Below the pieces are notes generated by a model. That model made no database searches and was not told the DNA's origin. It saw nothing but the letters and a program-made list of their open reading frames with translations. Position numbers and translations under genes: made by a program. From the NCBI GenBank assembly GCA_038231135.1, contig JBBRLX010000009.1, positions 32,001-96,000 on the forward strand: DNA of 64,000 nt. Reading direction: 5' to 3'. The stretch comes from Candidatus Eiseniibacteriota bacterium. GTDB lineage: Bacteria; Eisenbacteria; RBG-16-71-46. Position 1 is the stretch's first letter. Each line of letters starts with the position of its first letter. Shown piece by piece: positions 39,948-50,101 of this stretch.

Positions 39948-41461
39948 GGGCGCTCCTCGGCTCCGGGCTGGCGTTCGCCGCCCGGGGCGATGGGGGGAAT
40001 GCGGCGTTCGGGTCCGATCACGTCGAAGCGGCGTGGCTCGGTGGTTTCGGTCGTGCGTTCGGCCGGCGACGGCTCGGTCATCGGCGACAGCCGCACCACG
40101 AGCCCCTGCACGTCGCGCAGATCCTCGTCGAGCCTGAGTACCAGGCGGTCGGCCGCGCGCGAGGCATGCTCGCCCGCCGCCGACAGCCGTTCCGCCTTGC
40201 GCGCCGCGTCCGAGATCATCTCGCGCACACGGTCGAGCGCCCGCAGCGTGCCAGGCGTGAACGCCGGCGCCGCAGGTACGGCCGCTGCCGGTGCCGTTGT
40301 CACGGGCAATTGCAGCGCCGCGAGCCGCGCGGTGACGAGCAGACGGACGGCCTGCATGCGCTCGCGGGCCTGCCGCACCTGCGCGGCTCCGTCGGCGGCG
40401 AGTTCCCGCACTCGATCGGTGGCCACGCGCGCCTCGCGGGCCAGCTGTTTGAGTTCGTCGGCGGACATCGCCGCCACGTCGGGTTCGCCGCGCCGCACCG
40501 CGACCAGCGCGTTGAGCGCGATCAGCGTCGAGCGGTTGCCGAGCACGTGGACCTGGTCCGACAGCTCCTGCACGCGGCCGAGTCCCGCCGCCAGATCGTC
40601 GACGCTCCCGGACGCCGCCTCGACCAGCTCGCGGAACGCATCGGTCACGACCTCCATGCTCCCCGTCACCGGTGTCGCTGCGGGCGTGCGCTCGGGGACG
40701 GATGGCACGGCGTGGGCACCGAGCGCCAGGTGCAGCTCGGCGCCCAGGCGCTCGAGCTCCCGCACCGTGGTGAGCAGTGCGGTCACTTCGACGAAGCCGC
40801 GTTCCGACTGCTCGGCGGTCTCGCGCGCGATTCGTACGGCGTCCGCGATGCCGGCTTCCACCTGGCGGGCGGCCTCCTCGTTCTGCTCGTCCACCTCGAT
40901 GCGCCGGGTGATGCCGTGGTTCAGCACCGCGGTCAGCTCCGCGAGCGCGCCGGCGGCGGGCAGCCGGGACCAGCGTTCGGTCTCGATCCAGTACTGCACC
41001 CGCTGGCGTGTGTCGTCGAGCTGCCGTTCGAGCAACTGGAGCTGATCGGCCGAGCGAACGGCCTGGCGGTATCGGGTGATCAAGGCACTCACATGATTCC
41101 TGAGGTCGGACAACTCTCCCCAACCGGACGCCGAGAACGGATCGAGCAGCGGCGTCGAGTCGGCGGCACGCGTGCTCGTGGTGAGCCGGCGGACGCGCGA
41201 CACCACGCCCCGGTCGATCCATGCGGCAGCGGCCAGCGCCACGACGAAACTCGCGATCGCGATGATTCCCAGCCTGAGACCCGCGGGGTCACGCAGGAAC
41301 GCGACCGGATCGGGCCACCCATTCCACATCACCCATGCCAGCCCGGCGACGGTGACGAGCGAGCCCGCGAGCGTGCCCACCCACAGCCGCAAGCGCAGAC
41401 CGGCCCGCGACGGCAGCGCGGATCCGGCCCCCTGGGCGCCGGACTCGTCCGGCGCGGTCAC
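39944..41461 (-). CDS. Degenerate methyl-accepting chemotaxis-like protein (2 TM, HAMP-like, MA-like); start uncertain (41461-41587)
   Basis: Two TM helices; VVSRVRRLT...GWGELSDL (HAMP-like); NRSTLIALNAL...ADELKQLA resembles the MCP hairpin tip. Confidence 0.72.
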   Translation of the reverse strand: MTAPDESGAQGAGSALPSRAGLRLRLWVGTLAGSLVTVAGLAWVMWNGWPDPVAFLRDPAGLRLGIIAIASFVVALAAAAWIDRGVVSRVRRLTTSTRAADSTPLLDPFSASGWGELSDLRNHVSALITRYRQAVRSADQLQLLERQLDDTRQRVQYWIETERWSRLPAAGALAELTAVLNHGITRRIEVDEQNEEAARQVEAGIADAVRIARETAEQSERGFVEVTALLTTVRELERLGAELHLALGAHAVPSVPERTPAATPVTGSMEVVTDAFRELVEAASGSVDDLAAGLGRVQELSDQVHVLGNRSTLIALNALVAVRRGEPDVAAMSADELKQLAREARVATDRVRELAADGAAQVRQARERMQAVRLLVTARLAALQLPVTTAPAAAVPAAPAFTPGTLRALDRVREMISDAARKAERLSAAGEHASRAADRLVLRLDEDLRDVQGLVVRLSPMTEPSPAERTTETTEPRRFDVIGPERRIPPIAPGGERQPGAEERP

Positions 41462-41919
41462 GAGCTCGGCTCGCAACCGGCGATGCTGTTGGAGTGCTTC
41501 ACGATCTCCGTCTTCGCAAGACACATGCCCTGCGGGGCGCAGACGCGGTTCCGCAGCATGGGTTCGGGTCAGTAACAAGGGGACCATGCCGCGCGTGCAA
41601 AGCGCAACGGCGTTCGCGTTTCGCGGGTTCACCGGCATTTGACTGGCACCATTGCACCTGCGTGGCAATCGCCGCCACGAGCCGCCATTGAGGCCCGTGA
41701 AACCATTGCGGGTTCGATGCACCTGAGGCTCGCGACTCGCACGGTCAACCGCGCACCGGGTGGCGTGCCCGCGAGGTGCGTAATTCGGGTCGGTTCCCCC
41801 ACGCCCTGCGCCAGGTCACACCAAGTGCGCTTCACCATGAGGGTTCTGTGCCGCGTCCGATTCGACCGTGCAATGCCGTCGCGCCGTGTTCGCAGCAGCT
41901 TGGGGCAAATCACGACCGG

Positions 41920-41935
41920 TGGCACGCGCGATGCA
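41920..41935 (+). promoter_or_regulatory. Putative sigma54 (-24/-12) promoter
   Basis: TGGCACGCGCGATGCA: perfect TGGCACG and GG-N10-GC spacing, 68 nt upstream of ATG 42004. Confidence 0.6.
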
Positions 41936-42003
41936 CTGATCCGGGTCAGAACCCTTCCACCGTGCACTCGGTGAAAGACGACCCGCTCCGAAAGGTGTCG
42001 CAC

Positions 42004-42768
42004 ATGAATCCGCGTCACTATGTCGACCTCAAGGATACGAGCCGGGAGCTGCAGCCCACGTATTACTTCATGATCAACTGCCTGCTCTACAGCAGGATGG
42101 AGACCGGGCTCGTCTCCAATCAGGACTTCTACGACGAGGACGTGAACGTCTATCTGGCGCACCTCCTCCACTCGTTCATCAATCCCGAATACGTCGAGCA
42201 GTCACGCAAGTTCCTGTCGAAGTACGACAGCGACGTGTTCCGGCGCATGTCGACCTCCACCGACGCGCGGCTGAAGTACCTGATCTACAAGACCAACGCG
42301 GACTTCCTCCTGGTGTCGATCGGGATCTTCGACAACGCGAATGCGGCCGAAACGCATCGCAGCAAGCTGCAGCCCAGCGAAGAGGCGTACATCGGGCGCG
42401 GCAAGACGTACTACCACTTCGCCTACTCCTACGCGCAGCAGGTGCATCGCAAGAACGCCGGCGTGTCGGAGGTGCTCGAGAAGCTGTCGGTCGGCTTCGA
42501 CAAGTACATCCGGATCCTGTCGCACATGCGTGGCGAATACCTGGATCTGATGCGGCGGCTGTCGAGCGGCGAGGTCTACCACCTCGAGCGTTCGGTGGAC
42601 GAGCACCAGCAGCAGGAGATGCTGCGCGTGAAGCAGGACGAGCTGCTCGAGCTCTACACCCGGTGGCGCGACGAGCCGTCGAAGGAGACCGAGCTCAACC
42701 TCGAACGCGTGGTGAGCGAGATCCGGATGCTGAATCCCGAATTCAAGTTCGAGCTGCCGAAGATCTGA
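42004..42768 (+). CDS. Hypothetical all-helical cytoplasmic protein (254 aa)
   Basis: Strong GC3 codon bias, AAGGTG RBS, protein-like composition (DEDVNVYLAHLL...ADFLLVSIGIF...YIGRGKTYY). Confidence 0.85.
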   Translation: MNPRHYVDLKDTSRELQPTYYFMINCLLYSRMETGLVSNQDFYDEDVNVYLAHLLHSFINPEYVEQSRKFLSKYDSDVFRRMSTSTDARLKYLIYKTNADFLLVSIGIFDNANAAETHRSKLQPSEEAYIGRGKTYYHFAYSYAQQVHRKNAGVSEVLEKLSVGFDKYIRILSHMRGEYLDLMRRLSSGEVYHLERSVDEHQQQEMLRVKQDELLELYTRWRDEPSKETELNLERVVSEIRMLNPEFKFELPKI

Positions 42769-42867
42769 CGTCCATACCGACATCCGTAGATCGACGGAGC
42801 CCGCGATGCGCAATCATCGGCGGCTCCGTTGTTCATTCCAGGCGGCGGTGCTGCTGCCGAGCCGTAG

Positions 42868-44355
<1,488 letters not shown>

Positions 44356-44422
44356 GCCTTCACCGTCTTCCGTAGGACGGGCCCGCCGCGACCGCACGGG
44401 CTCGCGGAACTGCCCTCAAGGG

Positions 44423-45148
44423 TCAGGGGCTCGGCAACGCCCCCGGCGCACTGGCGTCCTTCTTCTTGCCGAAGTTCGGAACGAAGTAGTAGGTCGCGCC
44501 GAACCGGACCCCCACGTCGGTCAGCTTCGAATCGAAGCCCGACGGGAACTGCTCGGCGCGCTCGGCGAACACGTAGTGGGCACCGACCGAGAGCTCGAGG
44601 CTGGTCGAGGACAGCGACTTGAGGAACTTCTCGACGCCGATCTGCACCGTGGCGCCGGGGTAGACCCCGCGATGGAGCTTCTTCGAGAGCGGGTCCTTGA
44701 GCACCTTGCGATGGTTCTCAATCCACACCCGGTAGGCCCCGGGGCCGCCGCCGGCATAGAACAGCCAGCTGCCGTGGCTCTTGGTGAACTGGAGCTGCGC
44801 CGTCATCGGCAGCAGCAGCGTCAGGTAGTCGGCCTTGGTGCTGTCGGACGGGAAATTGGGGTCACGGAACGGCGCCGGCTCCTTCTTGAGATAACCCGCC
44901 CACGTGAATTCCGGGCTGAGCTGCCAGCGCAGCCAGGGAGCGAGCGCGTAGCGCCAGCTGGCGCTGAACATCAGGCGGGACTTGGCGCCGGCGGAATAGT
45001 CCGCGTCGCCGATCACCGAAGCGCCGCCCACCTGGAAGCTGATGCCACCCTTGCCGGCGCGATAGCCCGCGTCGTCGGCCCGGGACACGGCAGCAATCGC
45101 GAGCAGCGCCGCTACGGCGAAGCCCACCCAGCGGATACGAGCATTCAT
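44423..45148 (-). CDS. Outer-membrane beta-barrel protein (probably 8-stranded)
   Basis: Signal peptide; alternating aromatic strands (FYAGGGPGAY, VGVRFGATYYF). Confidence 0.75.
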   Translation of the reverse strand: MNARIRWVGFAVAALLAIAAVSRADDAGYRAGKGGISFQVGGASVIGDADYSAGAKSRLMFSASWRYALAPWLRWQLSPEFTWAGYLKKEPAPFRDPNFPSDSTKADYLTLLLPMTAQLQFTKSHGSWLFYAGGGPGAYRVWIENHRKVLKDPLSKKLHRGVYPGATVQIGVEKFLKSLSSTSLELSVGAHYVFAERAEQFPSGFDSKLTDVGVRFGATYYFVPNFGKKKDASAPGALPSP

Positions 45149-45213
45149 GGGAAAAGGCAGCTCCTGTTCCGGACGGAAGAAACGGGGAAGGGCCCGGTGC
45201 GACGGAGCGCGGC

Positions 45214-45243
45214 ACTATAGGAGAGCGCTTCCGCAAGTGTCAA
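45214..45243 (-). promoter_or_regulatory. Sigma70-type promoter of the OMP gene (possibly OMP-guaB)
   Basis: TTGACA-18 nt-TATAGT on the minus strand. Confidence 0.7.
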
Positions 45244-45619
45244 TCGTCGCAGCAATTGGTGCCGTTCCAAAGCAGGATGACCCCGTTCACTCCAAAGTGA
45301 TTCTGTCCCCCCCCTTAAGGACCCCTCTGCCCCCCCTTCAGGACCCACCATGTCGCCGCCGGTGTCGATGCGGGGTCACAGGCGACGCACGCCGGACGGC
45401 GGCGAGGATGGGCAGCGTGCAACCGCAGCGACTTGCGGCCGCATGGACCCGGGAACGCCACTTGCCCTGTCTGGCATCGCAGTCCACCGGGATCCCGCCT
45501 CGACTCCTCGAAACCCATCCTCACCCCGACCCTCCCACCAAGACAGGCAACACCTCAATAGGGGCCGGCCGCCAACCGGCCCCTGTCCCGGCCCGTCACG
45601 CCCGGCACCGGCGCATTCG

Positions 45620-45649
45620 TTGACACCCTGTCTCCGGCGCCCGTAGACT
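45620..45649 (+). promoter_or_regulatory. Sigma70-type promoter of secDF
   Basis: TTGACA-18 nt-TAGACT. Confidence 0.65.
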
Positions 45650-45746
45650 GCCCGCCTCATTTTGCCTCAACACCTTAGCGGCGTCCGCCCGTTGGGCAGG
45701 GACGCTCGTTTCCGTTGCGCCCGCGCCAACTCTCTGGAGACATTCG

Positions 45747-47312
45747 ATGACCCGCGATCAATGGCGGCTGCTCGGCGTACTGGTGGCGACCGTGGCCTCG
45801 TTCTGGCTGCTCTACCCGTCCTACCGCTATTACTCGCTGTCGCCCGCGCAGCGCCAGGCTCTGCCGCCCCTCGAGTTGGCGAAAGTTCGCGCCAAGGCGA
45901 TCCATCTGGGGCTCGACCTCCAGGGCGGCATGCACCTCGTGCTCGAAGTCGACCGCTCGAAGCTCAACGCCGTCGAGGCCAAGGACGCCACGGATCGCGC
46001 GATGGAGATCATCCGCAACCGCGTCGACCAGTTCGGCGTCGCGGAGCCGCTGATCCAGCGCGAGGGTGAGGATCGCATCACCGTGCAGCTTCCCGGCCTG
46101 ACCGATCGCCAGCGCGCAATGGATCTGATCGGCAAGACGGCGCTGCTCGAATTCAAGCTCGTCCGCACGTCGGAAGAGGCGCAGAACGTGTTCCAGCGCC
46201 TCGACGCCTACCTGGTGTCGCGCGGCGCCGGCGCCCAGCTCCCCGATTCCGCGCTGCGCCGGATTCCGCTGACCGGGCACTTCCTCGGCGCCGAGGGCAA
46301 CGCGGCGTTCGTGCGTGACCAGGACGCGCCGACCGTCGAGCGACTGCTGGCCACCGCCGGTCTCGACTCGATCATCCCGAACGATTCACAGCTGGCCTGG
46401 AGCGGCACCGAGGTGTCGGGCGGTGCGTCGGGCCGGTATCTGTACGTGCTCAAGCGGGAGCCCGAGATGAGCGGCGGGTCGGTCGCCGCCGCCGAGGCGC
46501 GCGTCGGCCTCGAGCAGACGAATCCGGGCGCCTGGGGCGTGAGCATGAAGATGACGCCCAAGGGCCGCGCCGACTTCGCGCGCGTCACCGGCAACAACGT
46601 CGGCCGCCAGCTCGCGATCGTGCTCGACGGCGTGGTCAGCTCGGCGCCCAACATCCGCGAGCGGATCCCGTCGGGCGACGCCTCGATCACGGGCAGCTTC
46701 GACCTCGCGGGCTCCAAGGACCTGGCGATCGTGCTGCGGGCGGGCGCCCTGCCGGCGCCGGTGCGGATCATCGAAGAGCGCTCCGTCGGACCGTCGCTGG
46801 GCTCGGACTCGATCCAGGAGGGCCTGCGCGCCGGCTGGATCGGCACGCTGCTCGTCGTCGTGTTCATGGCGGTCTACTACCAGCTGTCGGGCATCGTCGC
46901 GATCATCGCCATGGTGCTCAACGTGTTCTACCTGATCGCGTGCATGGCGGGGTTCGGCGCCACCATGACGCTGCCGGGCCTGGCGGGCATCGTGCTCACC
47001 ATCGGAATCTCGGTGGATGCGAACGTGCTGATCTTCGAGCGCATCCGCGAGGAGATGCGCAGCGGCAAGAGTATCCGGCAGGCCGTCGAGCTCGGCTACG
47101 ACCGCGCGTTCCGCACCATCCTCGACGCCCACGTCACCACGCTCATCAGCGCGCTGTTCCTGTTCCAGTTCGGCACCGGGCCCATCAAGGGCTTCGCGGT
47201 GACGCTGTCCATCGGCATCATCGCCAACATGTTCACCGCGGTGCTGTTCACCCGCATGATCTTCGACTACTGGCTGAGCCGCGGGGGCAAGACCCAGCGG
47301 ATCAGCATCTAG
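45747..47312 (+). CDS. secD: Protein translocase subunit SecD
   Basis: LGLDLQGG, RNRVDQFGVAEP, LAIVLDG, GALPAP, VGPSLG, VDANVLIFERIREE. Confidence 0.98.
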   Translation: MTRDQWRLLGVLVATVASFWLLYPSYRYYSLSPAQRQALPPLELAKVRAKAIHLGLDLQGGMHLVLEVDRSKLNAVEAKDATDRAMEIIRNRVDQFGVAEPLIQREGEDRITVQLPGLTDRQRAMDLIGKTALLEFKLVRTSEEAQNVFQRLDAYLVSRGAGAQLPDSALRRIPLTGHFLGAEGNAAFVRDQDAPTVERLLATAGLDSIIPNDSQLAWSGTEVSGGASGRYLYVLKREPEMSGGSVAAAEARVGLEQTNPGAWGVSMKMTPKGRADFARVTGNNVGRQLAIVLDGVVSSAPNIRERIPSGDASITGSFDLAGSKDLAIVLRAGALPAPVRIIEERSVGPSLGSDSIQEGLRAGWIGTLLVVVFMAVYYQLSGIVAIIAMVLNVFYLIACMAGFGATMTLPGLAGIVLTIGISVDANVLIFERIREEMRSGKSIRQAVELGYDRAFRTILDAHVTTLISALFLFQFGTGPIKGFAVTLSIGIIANMFTAVLFTRMIFDYWLSRGGKTQRISI

Positions 47313-47322
47313 AGGCGTCCCC

Positions 47323-48243
47323 ATGTTTCAGATGCTGATCGGAACCAACGTTCCATTCATGAAGTTCCGCCGCTACACGTATTTCTTCTCGGGCGCGCTG
47401 ATCCTCGCGACCGCGGTGTGGCTCGTGATCCACGGCGGCCCGCGCTATTCGGTGGACTTCACCGGCGGCACGCTGCTGCAGGTCCGCCTGGGCAAGGTGC
47501 TGGCCGCCGACCAGGTGCGCTCGGCGCTCGACGCGGGCGGGCTCAAGAGCTTCGAGCTCCAGCAGATGACCGGCGACCATCGCGACGAATACCTGATCCG
47601 GCTGCGGCCCGCCGAGGCCCACGTGGATCCGTTCCCGCAGGTCCAGCGGGCGATCGAGGCCAAATTCCCGGGCACCCCGGTCGAGCTGCGCCGCACCGAG
47701 CAGGTGGGCCCCAAGGTCGGCAAGGAGTTGCAGCAGAAGGCGGTGTGGGCGGTGGTGGGCAGCCTGCTGGGGATTCTCCTTTACGTGGGCATCCGTTATG
47801 AGTTCAAATTTGCTCTGGGAGCCGTCGTGGCGCTGTTCCACGACGTATTCGTGACGCTGGGGCTCCTGTGCTTCACCGGGCGTGAGGTGTCGCTGACCGT
47901 GGTGGCGGCATTGCTGACGATCGCCGGCTACTCGATCAACGACACGATCGTGGTCTTCGACCGCATCCGGGAGCGGTCCAAAGCGCTGCGCAAGGAAAAG
48001 CATTCGCGCGCCATGGACATCGCCGTCAACGAAACGCTGTCCCGCACCATCATCACTTCGCTGACCGTGTTCCTCACGGCGTGCTCGCTGTTCATCTGGG
48101 GCGGCGAGGTGCTGCGGGACTTCTCGTTCGCGATGCTGGTGGGCGTGGGTTTCGGAACCTACTCCTCGGTATACGTCGCGAGCGCGCTGGCGCTCGACAT
48201 CTGGATCAGCCTCGATCGCCGCAAGGGCATCTCGGCCGAATAA
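47323..48243 (+). CDS. secF: Protein translocase subunit SecF
   Basis: VDFTGG, VGPKVG.EL, HDV, GYSINDTIVVFDRIRE, GTYSS. Confidence 0.98.
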   Translation: MFQMLIGTNVPFMKFRRYTYFFSGALILATAVWLVIHGGPRYSVDFTGGTLLQVRLGKVLAADQVRSALDAGGLKSFELQQMTGDHRDEYLIRLRPAEAHVDPFPQVQRAIEAKFPGTPVELRRTEQVGPKVGKELQQKAVWAVVGSLLGILLYVGIRYEFKFALGAVVALFHDVFVTLGLLCFTGREVSLTVVAALLTIAGYSINDTIVVFDRIRERSKALRKEKHSRAMDIAVNETLSRTIITSLTVFLTACSLFIWGGEVLRDFSFAMLVGVGFGTYSSVYVASALALDIWISLDRRKGISAE

Positions 48244-48260
48244 GCCGGGCAAGGAGCTTC

Positions 48261-49271
48261 ATGAACGTTCGCACGCGTCTTTCGCTCGCGGTCACCTCGG
48301 CCGCGGCGCTGGCCATGACCGCCCTGTTCATCGTGTCGTGCTCGAAGCACCTGACCGGGGTGGATCCGAGCTTCTCGACCCCCGAGGGCACGGCGTCCAG
48401 CCTGTCCCGGCTCATCGTATGGCGTTCGGGCCCCAACACGGCCCTGCGCTACAAGGACATCCCGCCGATCGGCCCCGGCCCCGAGGACAACCTGCTGCGC
48501 AGCGTCGTCTATCGCCGCGATCCGGTCGGCACCGTGCGCGGCGTCGTGCTCGACGGCACCTCGGCCTCGGAGTACCAGGTACTGCGCCGCGAGCAGAACG
48601 GCGGCCTGCGCGCCATCGAGGACTTCATGTTTTCACCGGTGCGCCGCTGGCTGGACGGCAAGTGGGAGGCCTACGAATTCGCCGACACCCAGCCGATTCC
48701 GGGGCCGCGCTATATCGGCCGGGGCCTGATCGGCGGCGACATCGGCTCGCAGTCGCCGCTGTCGAACGAGGCCTCGCCCGACTCCGTGCCGCCGCTCGAC
48801 ATCCCGATCACGTTCCCGGGCGATACGACGATCCTGTGGAACGCCGTGCCGGGCGCCGCCTTCTACATCGCGCAGATCTACCAGCTGCGCCCGGTGGAGC
48901 CGGTCGTCAAGATCCTGAGCGGGTCGGCGGAGCCGCTCTACCTGGGGCAGTCGCGCGACTTCTTCCTCGGGTTCACGACCACGCCACAGCGGATCGGACA
49001 CCATCAGCCGTTCGTCGGCACCGTGCTCACCAACCGCGAGATGGTCCCCGGCCAGTACCTGGGCCGGGTGTCCGCGATCGATGCGGCGGGCCGGCTGATC
49101 GCCTACTCCTACGGCGATTCGGACAACGCGATCGACAACGACGAATACGAGCGGTTCGCGCTCGGCGCCGGCATCCTGCCACACGTGCTGCCGGTCGTCC
49201 GTGGCGGCGGCGGCGGCACCCTCGCCCAGCGGCATCCGCTGACCGGAATTCGCAAACCTCGAGGGTTCTGA
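48261..49271 (+). CDS. Hypothetical lipoprotein
   Basis: AAGGAG RBS; MNVRTR + hydrophobic core + IVS|C lipobox. Confidence 0.75.
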   Translation: MNVRTRLSLAVTSAAALAMTALFIVSCSKHLTGVDPSFSTPEGTASSLSRLIVWRSGPNTALRYKDIPPIGPGPEDNLLRSVVYRRDPVGTVRGVVLDGTSASEYQVLRREQNGGLRAIEDFMFSPVRRWLDGKWEAYEFADTQPIPGPRYIGRGLIGGDIGSQSPLSNEASPDSVPPLDIPITFPGDTTILWNAVPGAAFYIAQIYQLRPVEPVVKILSGSAEPLYLGQSRDFFLGFTTTPQRIGHHQPFVGTVLTNREMVPGQYLGRVSAIDAAGRLIAYSYGDSDNAIDNDEYERFALGAGILPHVLPVVRGGGGGTLAQRHPLTGIRKPRGF

Positions 49272-49383
49272 CGCCGGAAACCTCCGGACGAGCGCGGGAC
49301 ATTCCGTGCCTCCGGGGGGTGTACAATCGAGGGGCTCACAGGGCGCGGAGCAATCCGCGCCTTTTTGCATCTCAGGAGATGCC

Positions 49384-50070
49384 ATGAAGCTCCGTCGACT
49401 CACCCTGATCCTGGCCTGCCTGCTGCCGTTCGGCGCCCTCGCGGCGGCCGACCAGGTCGTGCCCCCCGGCGCCCGGGAGTTCGGGATCGCCCGCCTGAAA
49501 TACGGCGGCGGCGGCGACTGGTACGAGGATCGCACTTCGCTCGTGAACCTGCTGCGGGCCGCCCGCGAGCGGCTCGGCATCTCCCTGGCGGGCGACCGGG
49601 AGGCCGTGGTCGAGCCCGGCTCGGCGACGCTCTACCAGTACCCCCTGGTGTTCGCCAGCGGGCACGGCAACATGAAGTTCACCGACGCGGAGGCGGCCAA
49701 CCTGCGGCGCTACCTCGACACCGGCGGCTTCCTGTGGGTGGACGATGACTTCGGCATCGACGTGTCGTTCCGGCGCGAAATGCACCGGATCTTCCCGGAC
49801 GGGGCGTTGCTGGAACTGCCGTTTTCCCACGCTATTTTTCACGCCCATTACGACTTTCCCCGGGGATTGCCGAAAATACATGAGCACGACGGCGGACCGC
49901 CCAAGGCGTTCGGGATCATGCACGACGGCCGCCTGGTGGTGCTCTACACGTTCGACACCGACCTGGGCGACGGCATCGAGGACGAGGAGGTCCATCACGA
50001 TCCCCCCGAACTACGCGACGCCGCCATGCGGATGTCCTTGAACATCGTGCAGTACGTGCTCACCCATTGA
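49384..50070 (+). CDS. DUF4159 domain protein (exported)
   Basis: ARLKYGGGGDWY, GHGN, LRRYL..GGFLWVDD, PKIHEHDG, DLGDG.ED..VH.DP. Confidence 0.9.
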   Translation: MKLRRLTLILACLLPFGALAAADQVVPPGAREFGIARLKYGGGGDWYEDRTSLVNLLRAARERLGISLAGDREAVVEPGSATLYQYPLVFASGHGNMKFTDAEAANLRRYLDTGGFLWVDDDFGIDVSFRREMHRIFPDGALLELPFSHAIFHAHYDFPRGLPKIHEHDGGPPKAFGIMHDGRLVVLYTFDTDLGDGIEDEEVHHDPPELRDAAMRMSLNIVQYVLTH

Positions 50071-50101
50071 CCCACCCGAACCGCGGCTCGACAGCGACCT
50101 C

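Noticed and set aside
41900..41955. GGGCAAA...CACGC, reminiscent of a c-di-GMP-I riboswitch; the pga upstream region 58690-58950 was also inspected
   Set aside because: No GNRA-capped P2 or ACGCAAAG/receptor elements. The 41920 segment is better explained as a sigma54 promoter.
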